This document shows, piece after piece, positions 1 to 6,606 of a stretch of 11,124 nt of DNA; within the stretch, counting starts at the first letter, position 1; every line of letters starts with the position of its first letter. The translations under genes were made by a program, and so were the position numbers. This stretch comes from Bacteriovoracia bacterium (GTDB lineage Bacteria; Bdellovibrionota; UBA1018; JBFWNL01). The notes beneath the pieces are model-generated. The model ran no database searches, had not been told where the DNA came from, and saw nothing but the letters and a program-made list of their open reading frames with translations. The stretch spans positions 1 through 11,124 of the forward strand of contig JBFWNL010000018.1 in the NCBI GenBank assembly GCA_050251055.1, read 5' to 3'.

Positions 1-17
1 GGGCCATATAGGTGCAC

Positions 18-86
18 GACAAGTACGGTATTCTATTTGGATCCAAAAATGATCCCGGCCGGAGCGGTAACGCGGCGTGGGGTTGC
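18..86 (+). repeat. Left inverted terminal repeat (true ITR probably 1..86)
   Basis: 18..86 is the exact reverse complement of 11056..11124 (69/69 by manual alignment). Confidence 0.98.
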
Positions 87-111
87 AAAGCGGGCGGCGG
101 GCGCGTAGGGT
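83..111 (+). promoter_or_regulatory. Left early sigma70-type promoter
   Basis: TTGCAA (83-88), 17-nt spacer, TAGGGT (106-111), upstream of the first gene; mirrored at the right end. Confidence 0.7.
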
Positions 112-148
112 CTACACATCCGCATTGCACTTTTGAGAGAGACGCTTA

Positions 149-1012
149 ATGCCCAAGAAAAGGAAGCTCGCCCGTGGGAAAGTGGCACCGAGAACCCGAA
201 GACCTGTCAAGCGCCGAGTTACTGCGACTCGTAAGAAGAAACCGAGCAAAAAGCCGGACAGTAGAAAAACACGCAAGGTGGTCGCTCGACGACTTTCGCG
301 AGCTAGGCGCAGTGCTCAGAGAGTCAAGCGTCCGGCTAGACGGCCTGATCGAAGAAAAGCGCGAGCAAAACCGGCGAGAAAAACAGGCGTCAAGCGCGCT
401 GCCAGTACCAAGCGGAAACGACTGGCCAGAGTTTCGGCACCCCGCCGATCTCGCGCGAGAGTATCGCGCAAAAAGTCCGCGCCCCGTCGCCGCTTCAAAC
501 GCGACTCTATCTGGGGCCGAAGCACCCACCGCAACAGCTTTGTCAAATTCCTTCAAACCCGCAAAGACGCCACAATCCCCGAAGTACCGTATCAAGCCCA
601 AGGAATCGAGATAACCTATGAAACACCGATCAAATCGCGTCCGTCCAAACTTGAAGCCTCAATGCTTGCCGATCAGCTTTCCGCCGAAACCCGCGAGCTT
701 CTGGACGACACTGGGGGAGTTGGCATTTACCAGCGTATGCGCGTGCGCATTGATGGCGATGAGAGGTGGATTTCAAAGAAGCGACTCTTTGACCGCGATG
801 CCGATCAATACTCCCGATCTTTCGTCACGGGACTGGAAATGGCCGTCCGGGCCTACGGTCGTGCATTAGCCGTTTTGTCCGGCGATATTGACCCGGACGA
901 CCCCGAAGAGTATTTTGACGACGACCTGACTAACGTCGATTTTGAGATTCTGGAGACGGTTGTCGAAACCGTCACCGATAACGCCGAAACCCTAAAACCG
1001 CCGAAAGAGTGA
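149..1012 (+). CDS. Putative terminal protein (replication primer) with very basic N-terminus and acidic C-terminus
   Basis: First gene, upstream of pPolB as in PRD1 (VIII then I); 287 aa; about 58 of the first 120 residues are K/R; assignment rests on synteny, not recognisable homology. Confidence 0.65.
   Translation: MPKKRKLARGKVAPRTRRPVKRRVTATRKKKPSKKPDSRKTRKVVARRLSRARRSAQRVKRPARRPDRRKARAKPARKTGVKRAASTKRKRLARVSAPRRSRARVSRKKSAPRRRFKRDSIWGRSTHRNSFVKFLQTRKDATIPEVPYQAQGIEITYETPIKSRPSKLEASMLADQLSAETRELLDDTGGVGIYQRMRVRIDGDERWISKKRLFDRDADQYSRSFVTGLEMAVRAYGRALAVLSGDIDPDDPEEYFDDDLTNVDFEILETVVETVTDNAETLKPPKE
174..614 (+). CDS. Overlapping (+1 frame) hypothetical helical protein, 146 aa
   Basis: GTG start 7 nt after AGGAAG (161-166); first ~100 aa have ordinary amphipathic-helix composition. 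Confidence 0.5.
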   Translation: MGKWHREPEDLSSAELLRLVRRNRAKSRTVEKHARWSLDDFRELGAVLRESSVRLDGLIEEKREQNRREKQASSALPVPSGNDWPEFRHPADLAREYRAKSPRPVAASNATLSGAEAPTATALSNSFKPAKTPQSPKYRIKPKESR

Positions 1013-1101
1013 ATATGTATAGTAAAGCCGAGTTACTAGTGATTGCCTGCTTTGCGGGATTTGCCGCAGCACTTTTGGGTTTTGCCTATTACCTGTCATG
1101 A
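1009..1101 (+). CDS. Small single-TM membrane peptide (MNMYSKAELLVIACFAGFAAALLGFAYYLS); alternative ATG at 1015
   Basis: Not in ORF track; fills the gap exactly, with GTGA overlap on the upstream stop and ATGA overlap on the polymerase start; ~20 aa hydrophobic run. Confidence 0.7.
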   Translation: MNMYSKAELLVIACFAGFAAALLGFAYYLS

Positions 1102-2867
1102 TCGAGCGCGGATACCGTCCGGCCCTTGCGCCGCTTAAGTACCCAAAACACGCCGAGCCTTTCGCGGTCCTTGATATCGAGGGACGCGACTGGATTCATC
1201 ACGTCTTGACGGGAACCTACGACGGCAAGGAATACCGGCATTTCAAACGACATGGGGATTTTCTACGATATGCTTTCAATCAACCGACTAATCAATATTT
1301 CGCTCACTTTGGCGGAATTTACGATTTTCTTTTCACTCTTGACTGTGCTCTTTCTTCTTTGGGTAATTACCGGCTTATCGAACTTATCCCACGAGGAAGC
1401 GGAATTCTTAGTTTTACACTTGAGAGTGGCGGTCGCCGCATCACTTTTCGCGACAGTTCTGCACTATTTCCTTTCGGTCTTAAAAAGCTCGCGGCAAGCT
1501 TCGGAGTGGTCACACAAAAGGGAGAACTAGATTTCTCCAAAATCCGTGGAATCACTCAAAAGCTAATCGACTACAACGCCGCCGACTGCAAAGCCCTTTG
1601 GGAGTCTTTAGATGCCTTTTACTCAACCGAGCTTATTCGACGCTGCGGCCCTAAAACGACGCTGGCAAGCCAAGCCATGCAATTTTTGCGAACGACTCTC
1701 AAAGAGAAAATATCGGGGCTCTCCGATGGCCATGACTACTACGTGCGCAAAGCCTACGCGGGCGGGAGAGTCGAAATTTTCCGGCCGCTGTTTCTCGGAC
1801 CCTTCGAGCTGCATTGCTATGACTTCAACTCCCTATATCCCGCAGTCATGCAATCGGCTATTCCACCAACTGAGGTTGTGGACGTGCAAGATGCCTGGAA
1901 TGAAGAGGATCTAGGCTTTGTCGACTGCGACGTGGAAGTACCAGACCAGTACATGCCGCCGCTTTGGGTTAGGGAGTGGCAGGATGCGGCGGGCAAACCC
2001 CAGACTAAGATGATTTTCCCGACCGGTAAGTTGCGCGGGAGATGGCCGTCGGTCGAGTTAAAGCACGCGATTGCGTGCGGCGCTAGAATCGTGAAAGTAC
2101 GCAGCTTTTTAAAGATGCGGGCGCAGGGCGAGATATTCCGCGATTTTGTGACGGAGTTGTATGCTTTGCGAAAAAGCTCGACCGACCCGGTTCAGAATGT
2201 CACGGCCAAGTTATTGATGAATTCCTGCTATGGCCGGATGGGTATGAGAAAAGACCAGGAGAAGCTAGAACTAGATATGGGCCAGGCGGGAACGCCGCTC
2301 CCATTTATTCAGCTTAGGTCGGGAGAAATCCGATTGATCCGCGTTCCCACAACCTCGAAAGGATTTTCAAATGTGGCTATTGCAGCTTGGATTACGGCGC
2401 TCGCGCGCATCCGGCTTCATGGTATTTTGCGCAGTAATTCTGATTCTGCTTATTACTGCGACACTGACTCGATTTTCACGACGCAGGGACTTTCAGCGGG
2501 CGATGATCTCGGTTCCCTCAAGCTCGAATATTCCGTCAAGTCCGCGTGCTTTATCCTCCCCAAAACTTATATTGCAGGATCGATAGTCAAGGCTAAGGGA
2601 ATCCCCAAAGAGAAAATCACGGCGCTGGCACTTGACGATTTTACCAAAGCTTTGGAGGGTGACCGCTCCGCACTGAAATTCGACCTGGACCAGAAAATGC
2701 TAAGAATGCGGAGCGCCATTCAAAAGGGGAAACTCTTGACGCTTTCCAAGTCCGGGGCTATTAAACGGATTGTCTCGTCCTATGACAAGCGGACGCTGTA
2801 CAAAGATGAATCGGGCGTTTGGAATTCCCGGCCGATTCATTTCAATAATTGGAATTCTGTTCAATAA
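1098..2867 (+). CDS. Protein-primed family B DNA polymerase
   Basis: Exo I LDIE, Exo II FAHFGGIYDF, Exo III YNAAD, YAGGRVE, motif A YDFNSLYP, motif B KLLMNSCYG, motif C YCDTDS, KAKG; 589 aa, typical of phi29/PRD1-type enzymes. Confidence 0.97.
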   Translation: MIERGYRPALAPLKYPKHAEPFAVLDIEGRDWIHHVLTGTYDGKEYRHFKRHGDFLRYAFNQPTNQYFAHFGGIYDFLFTLDCALSSLGNYRLIELIPRGSGILSFTLESGGRRITFRDSSALFPFGLKKLAASFGVVTQKGELDFSKIRGITQKLIDYNAADCKALWESLDAFYSTELIRRCGPKTTLASQAMQFLRTTLKEKISGLSDGHDYYVRKAYAGGRVEIFRPLFLGPFELHCYDFNSLYPAVMQSAIPPTEVVDVQDAWNEEDLGFVDCDVEVPDQYMPPLWVREWQDAAGKPQTKMIFPTGKLRGRWPSVELKHAIACGARIVKVRSFLKMRAQGEIFRDFVTELYALRKSSTDPVQNVTAKLLMNSCYGRMGMRKDQEKLELDMGQAGTPLPFIQLRSGEIRLIRVPTTSKGFSNVAIAAWITALARIRLHGILRSNSDSAYYCDTDSIFTTQGLSAGDDLGSLKLEYSVKSACFILPKTYIAGSIVKAKGIPKEKITALALDDFTKALEGDRSALKFDLDQKMLRMRSAIQKGKLLTLSKSGAIKRIVSSYDKRTLYKDESGVWNSRPIHFNNWNSVQ

Positions 2868-2926
2868 TGGTGTGGGCCTAGCTGCTTTAATCGGTGGCGA
2901 CGGCTCAAACCCAATTAGGAAAATCA

Positions 2927-3274
2927 ATGAGCAAGAAAAACACCGTTGGAAAGAAATTGACCGTTCGCAAAATCGACCTGGCCAAAGAAGAACCGGGTTT
3001 CGAGTTTGAAGGCAAGTTCATGGGTACCGCTACCGGCGCGCCTTTTAAGCAGGTCGATAAGGAAGGCAACATTATCGAAAAGACCTTGACGACGGCCATT
3101 TTCGAAGACTTGGAAACCGCCGAGCGTTTTAGCGTGATTCAAGACGCGGGCCTTCGCACGAACCTTTCGGACGCCATGGTCAAAGAAGGTCAGGCGATCC
3201 GCGTCGTGAAGCTCCCGAAGGTCGCGCTTAAGGGCGGACGGACCATGAATCAGTACGACATTTACGCGATCTAA
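2927..3274 (+). CDS. Putative single-stranded DNA-binding protein (OB-fold-like), 115 aa
   Basis: ATG 2927 preceded by AGGA (2917-2920); beta-rich pattern (FEFEGKFMG...IRVVKL...NQYDIY); follows the polymerase; function inferred. Confidence 0.55.
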   Translation: MSKKNTVGKKLTVRKIDLAKEEPGFEFEGKFMGTATGAPFKQVDKEGNIIEKTLTTAIFEDLETAERFSVIQDAGLRTNLSDAMVKEGQAIRVVKLPKVALKGGRTMNQYDIYAI

Positions 3275-3280
3275 TTCCCA

Positions 3281-3439
3281 ATGGCTAAGCTTCCCTCTCT
3301 CAAAGCAAAGCCGCCTACCGCCGCTCCGAAGTCGTCTGAAGAGACCGACTTCGGAGCGGTCTTTTTTGCAGCACTCTTTGCCCTAGGCGTGCTGCTCATT
3401 TTCAAGGAAAGACACTCCCAGAATGGAAAATCCCAATGA
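3281..3439 (+). CDS. Small single-TM membrane protein, 52 aa (MAKLPSLKAKPPTAAPKSSEETDFGAVFFAALFALGVLLIFKERHSQNGKSQ)
   Basis: Not in ORF track; begins 6 nt after the previous stop; ATGA overlap with the ORF at 3436; clear hydrophobic segment. Confidence 0.7.
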   Translation: MAKLPSLKAKPPTAAPKSSEETDFGAVFFAALFALGVLLIFKERHSQNGKSQ

Positions 3440-3632
3440 CCAAGCCCCGCAAGGTGATGATGAAATTATCGACGTCTCCGAAATCGTCGCAAGGCTCGAC
3501 AAGCTCGAAAAATTCGCCGCCGAGCAAGCCCTTACCAACTCCAACACTTCTGACCGATGCGGAGAAATCGAAGCTAAAGTCACCGAGCTTGTCGAATACT
3601 GCAACTCCCTCGGCGACGACGACTCCGAGTAA
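3423..3632 (+). CDS. Small acidic coiled-coil protein, 69 aa (possible assembly factor)
   Basis: AAGGAAAG upstream; heptad-like IVARLDKLE...IEAKVTELVE; overlaps the 3436 ORF in another frame. Confidence 0.6.
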   Translation: MENPNDQAPQGDDEIIDVSEIVARLDKLEKFAAEQALTNSNTSDRCGEIEAKVTELVEYCNSLGDDDSE

Positions 3633-4242
3633 TTCGTTTCCGAGCGCCAATACCAATGCTCCAAGAGAGGTGTCCCTTGACTCAATCATCGCAAGCTCCA
3701 AGCCTGAAATCGCTAAACGCGGGCGCGGCCGACCGAAAGGATCTCGAACGGGCGGCGGAGGTGTTTCGCAAATCGCTACTAGCGGGCCTGATCGGAACAT
3801 TTCGGATAAGCCCGCTTCAAGCGGCGGAATTTCTGTCGGAAGTGGATCGCTGGACACTGGTGCGCCTAGCGCTGGAATTCCAGTTGAAGCTCTCGCCCCA
3901 GTCATCCGATTCCCCTACGGCGTTGCCGCCGCAAAAACCGGCTATGCCGGATGGGAACTAAGTAAAGAAGAGGCCGAAAGCGTCGCGCCTTTGGTTGACG
4001 CATGTATTCGCGCCTACCTGCCTGCCTCGGCCGGAAAGCACTCTCCCGCGATTGCGCTTTTTGCGACCCTCACGGCATTCACGGGAATGCGGTACATGGC
4101 GTATATCGAGTGGAAAGCGGATAACATCCGAAAAGCCGGGAAACCGGCGAAACCGGCGGAAGAGTCAAAGCCCGCAAATGCGCCCGATCCGGTGCCGATG
4201 CATGATTTTGTGACGCAGGTTGAAAGGGCGGCGAATGCTTAG
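3436..4242 (+). CDS. Membrane-associated protein with disordered N-terminus, AT-hook motif and C-terminal hydrophobic helix
   Basis: KRGRGRPKGS at 3715-3744; hydrophobic PAIALFATLTAFTGM; position upstream of the ATPase recalls PRD1 P6/P10; true start uncertain. Confidence 0.7.
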   Translation: MTKPRKVMMKLSTSPKSSQGSTSSKNSPPSKPLPTPTLLTDAEKSKLKSPSLSNTATPSATTTPSNSFPSANTNAPREVSLDSIIASSKPEIAKRGRGRPKGSRTGGGGVSQIATSGPDRNISDKPASSGGISVGSGSLDTGAPSAGIPVEALAPVIRFPYGVAAAKTGYAGWELSKEEAESVAPLVDACIRAYLPASAGKHSPAIALFATLTAFTGMRYMAYIEWKADNIRKAGKPAKPAEESKPANAPDPVPMHDFVTQVERAANA

Positions 4243-4435
4243 AGTTTCAGACCCGATCCGGCTTCACGTTCTTATCTCTGCGGCGATATCACAAGGTGCC
4301 GACATGGAGCAATACGAGGAATATCAGGATGACGGCGATAAGGCGTTGCTTCTTGATGAAACCATGGAAGACCTGCGGGCCGCGTTGCGCTACGCTGAAA
4401 GGCTGGCTTCGGTCAATGCTTCTGGGGCCGACTGA
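4235..4435 (+). CDS. Small acidic hypothetical protein, 66 aa
   Basis: ATG 4235 after AAGGG, overlaps both neighbouring genes, helical composition. Confidence 0.6.
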   Translation: MLRVSDPIRLHVLISAAISQGADMEQYEEYQDDGDKALLLDETMEDLRAALRYAERLASVNASGAD

Positions 4436-5066
4436 TGTCACGGTTATTTTCGGGATTCGAGGCTCCGGGAAATCAACTCTCTCTCGCAAGTTGTCGAGCG
4501 CTTATCCGCGCGTCGTCGTCATCGATCCGCTCGGTGAGTGGCGCTCGCGCGAGGCTACGGGTCGCGCTCATGACTTTGCAAGCTTTTCGGCCGCGTACCG
4601 CGCAGTTGACGGTCTTCCTAGTTGGCGACTGGTTTATGAACCTAACCCTTCACTCTCGCTTGAGGCGCAGGAAGCCGAGTTTGATGCTACTCTCCGCTTG
4701 CTCTACCTTGACGGACGCGAACGCCAAACCGGGGTTTGCTTGGTTATCGAAGAAGTACACCTTATCGCTCCCATTTCTTCAATGCACCATTGGTTCCGCC
4801 AAATTGTCTTTACTGGAAGGCACGCCGAACTTGCAATTATCGCAGGTACACAGCGTCCGGCTTCAGTAAACAAGGCGCTCGTTTCGCAGGCTTCGCACGT
4901 CTTTGCGGGACAGCTTTTCGAATCGCGCGACGTGAGGTATTTGCAGGAAACCTGTTCAGAGGCGATGGCGCGCCATACTCCGCATTTGCAGAAATTGCAA
5001 TTCATCGGTTTCACGCCGGGGCAGGAGCTTGAACAGGTGACCCTGACCGATGCGGATTTCCGCTGA
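4416..5066 (+). CDS. Genome packaging ATPase (FtsK/HerA superfamily, PRD1 P9/A32-like), 216 aa
   Basis: Walker A GIRGSGKS, VVVIDP, Walker B LVIEEVH, arginine-finger GRH and TQRP motifs; ATG 4416 gives a typical size. Confidence 0.92.
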   Translation: MLLGPTDVTVIFGIRGSGKSTLSRKLSSAYPRVVVIDPLGEWRSREATGRAHDFASFSAAYRAVDGLPSWRLVYEPNPSLSLEAQEAEFDATLRLLYLDGRERQTGVCLVIEEVHLIAPISSMHHWFRQIVFTGRHAELAIIAGTQRPASVNKALVSQASHVFAGQLFESRDVRYLQETCSEAMARHTPHLQKLQFIGFTPGQELEQVTLTDADFR

Positions 5067-5086
5067 AGCTAGTGCTTGAAAGGCGA

Positions 5087-5131
5087 GTCAAGAAAATTTC
5101 GCTTGACCTTTTTGGGACGCATCCCGATCCT
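5087..5131 (+). promoter_or_regulatory. Possible terminator/late promoter at the ATPase-structural gene boundary
   Basis: GTCAAG/CTTGAC inverted repeat (5087-5092, 5102-5107) followed by a T run; TTGACC (5103-5108), 17 nt, GATCCT (weak -10). Confidence 0.35.
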
Positions 5132-5156
5132 TGAAGCACAAAGGAGATTTCAAACC

Positions 5157-5252
5157 ATGGTTAAGCAAGTTCTCGGCATCGCTATCGGCGTCGCGGCGTT
5201 CTACGCGATCCGCAATTTCCTCCCCGCTTCGATCAAGTCCTACGTTTCCTAA
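5157..5252 (+). CDS. Small membrane peptide, 31 aa (MVKQVLGIAIGVAAFYAIRNFLPASIKSYVS), positional analogue of PRD1 P20
   Basis: Not in ORF track; strong AAGGAG (5141-5146); C-ending codon bias like the capsid gene; lies between ATPase and MCP. Confidence 0.8.
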   Translation: MVKQVLGIAIGVAAFYAIRNFLPASIKSYVS

Positions 5253-5260
5253 GCCTCTGC

Positions 5261-5294
5261 AAGCTCCCGCGTGATTCCCGCGCGGGAGCTTTTC
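5261..5294 (+). terminator. Intrinsic terminator-like hairpin
   Basis: AAGCTCCCGCG (5261-5271) pairs perfectly with CGCGGGAGCTT (5281-5291), followed by TTCTGCTTT. Confidence 0.75.
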
Positions 5295-5348
5295 TGCTTT
5301 CAAACCCTCATTTGCCGCTAGTCGGCGCTCCCGAAAGGACCATCCCTC

Positions 5349-6491
5349 ATGGGTCTTCGCTCTCCCGCCGCTGGCGGACAAAACGTGATTCAGTGTGAAA
5401 CTCGCCGTCGTCTCCAGACGGTCGCCTACGTCTCGAATACCGTGCGCGTGCTCGATATCCCTCGCGATACCGTCATCAAGCGCGCGGCGTTCTACCTCGT
5501 CGGCTCCACCGTCGTGACCTACGCCTCGGGCTCGCCGACGGCGACCGTGACCGGCGCGGCCGAAGCCCTTTGCCCGCGCATCGATTGCGTGATCGATGGT
5601 CAACGCACGGTGAAATCAATCACACCGCACATTCAGGAAATGCTGAACATGATCTATTCCACCGATCGCCCGATCCGGGCGCACTCGGTTGGCACCGCGA
5701 TCACGACTCAGCTCGCTGGCACGGAAAACCCGCGCGGCGCGGCGTTCCTGTATCCTTCCACGACCGACACGCTCGTCATCAATGAAGCCTTCACGGTGCA
5801 TTTCGAAATGCCGTGGGCCTACGACATGGGCCGCTCGGCTACCATGCTCAACGTGAAAAACGTGTCGAGCGCGGAATTCCGCTTCAGCTTCGGTTCGACC
5901 GACGGCCTTCAGGTTCCGGGCGGCTCCGTGTCGCTCGCGTACTCGGCCATTGACCTGAACTTTGGGGTCACGCTCATCGAAGCCCGCGACGTTCCGGCCG
6001 ATGCTCCGCTTCTGGACTTCAAGGAAACCGTCTCGCGTTACACCTACTCGGGCGAAACGCTGGACTCGCAGATCGACTTGCCTCGCGGCAACGCGCTCGC
6101 GGGCGTCGGTATCTTCGTTCGTAACGGCGGCGCGGCTCGCGCTCCGTTTGATCGCGGCCTGCGCGATATCATGCTCCAGGTGAACGGTCAGCAGACTTTG
6201 CAGAAGACCAACTTCCGCGAATTGCAGGTCGACAACAAGGAACGCTACGGCCTGAATGATCAGGTGGCTTCCGGCCTTCACGCTCTCCAGGGCTTTGCCT
6301 TCATGAATCTGCTCAAGAACGGCGATATCCGCACGGCCTTGAACACGACGATTGGGGCGGGCGTTGACCGCGTGACCCTGAACGTCAACACCGCGCCGTC
6401 CTCCGGCTCGGACAACGCGACGTACTCCACCAACCCGATGGAAGTTTCGGTTTGGAGCATGGAAATCGCGGCGGTCCCGGTTCGCGTCTAA
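5349..6491 (+). CDS. Double-jelly-roll major capsid protein, 380 aa
   Basis: Size and position as PRD1 P3; beta-rich; two related halves (LDIPR..RIDCVIDGQRTVK..N versus IDLPR..DIMLQVNGQQTLQ..N); strong codon bias; AGGA RBS. Confidence 0.88.
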   Translation: MGLRSPAAGGQNVIQCETRRRLQTVAYVSNTVRVLDIPRDTVIKRAAFYLVGSTVVTYASGSPTATVTGAAEALCPRIDCVIDGQRTVKSITPHIQEMLNMIYSTDRPIRAHSVGTAITTQLAGTENPRGAAFLYPSTTDTLVINEAFTVHFEMPWAYDMGRSATMLNVKNVSSAEFRFSFGSTDGLQVPGGSVSLAYSAIDLNFGVTLIEARDVPADAPLLDFKETVSRYTYSGETLDSQIDLPRGNALAGVGIFVRNGGAARAPFDRGLRDIMLQVNGQQTLQKTNFRELQVDNKERYGLNDQVASGLHALQGFAFMNLLKNGDIRTALNTTIGAGVDRVTLNVNTAPSSGSDNATYSTNPMEVSVWSMEIAAVPVRV

Positions 6492-6505
6492 TCCTGCTGT
6501 GCCCT

Positions 6506-6580
6506 AGGTTTCGCGCGCGCTCCTTTCTCCTCGCCTTTCTCGGTGTGAGGCAAATCGGTGTGAGGAGCGCGCGCGGATCT
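6506..6580 (+). other. Large intergenic stem-loop downstream of MCP
   Basis: 13-bp perfect stem 6512-6524/6563-6575 enclosing internal direct repeats; no U tract. Confidence 0.7.
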
Positions 6581-6606
6581 CATTGGCCGGTAATCAGAGG
6601 AGAATC

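Noticed and set aside
146-601. 151-aa minus-strand ORF
   Set aside because: Antisense shadow of the K/R-rich region; no expression signals
4296-4415. N-terminal extension of the ATPase in the ORF track
   Set aside because: Overlaps the 4235..4435 gene and looks non-protein-like; ATG 4416 puts Walker A near the N-terminus as in P9-like ATPases. Track starts at 2894, 4220, 6583, 7343 and 9932 were likewise moved to RBS-supported ATGs
4435-4869. 144-aa alternative-frame ORF within the ATPase gene
   Set aside because: No RBS and S/R/L-rich off-frame composition; TGATG coupling to the upstream stop noted but insufficient
6522-6565. Short direct repeats as a mini-CRISPR array
   Set aside because: Repeats are only 8-11 nt, two copies, 4-nt spacers; no cas genes
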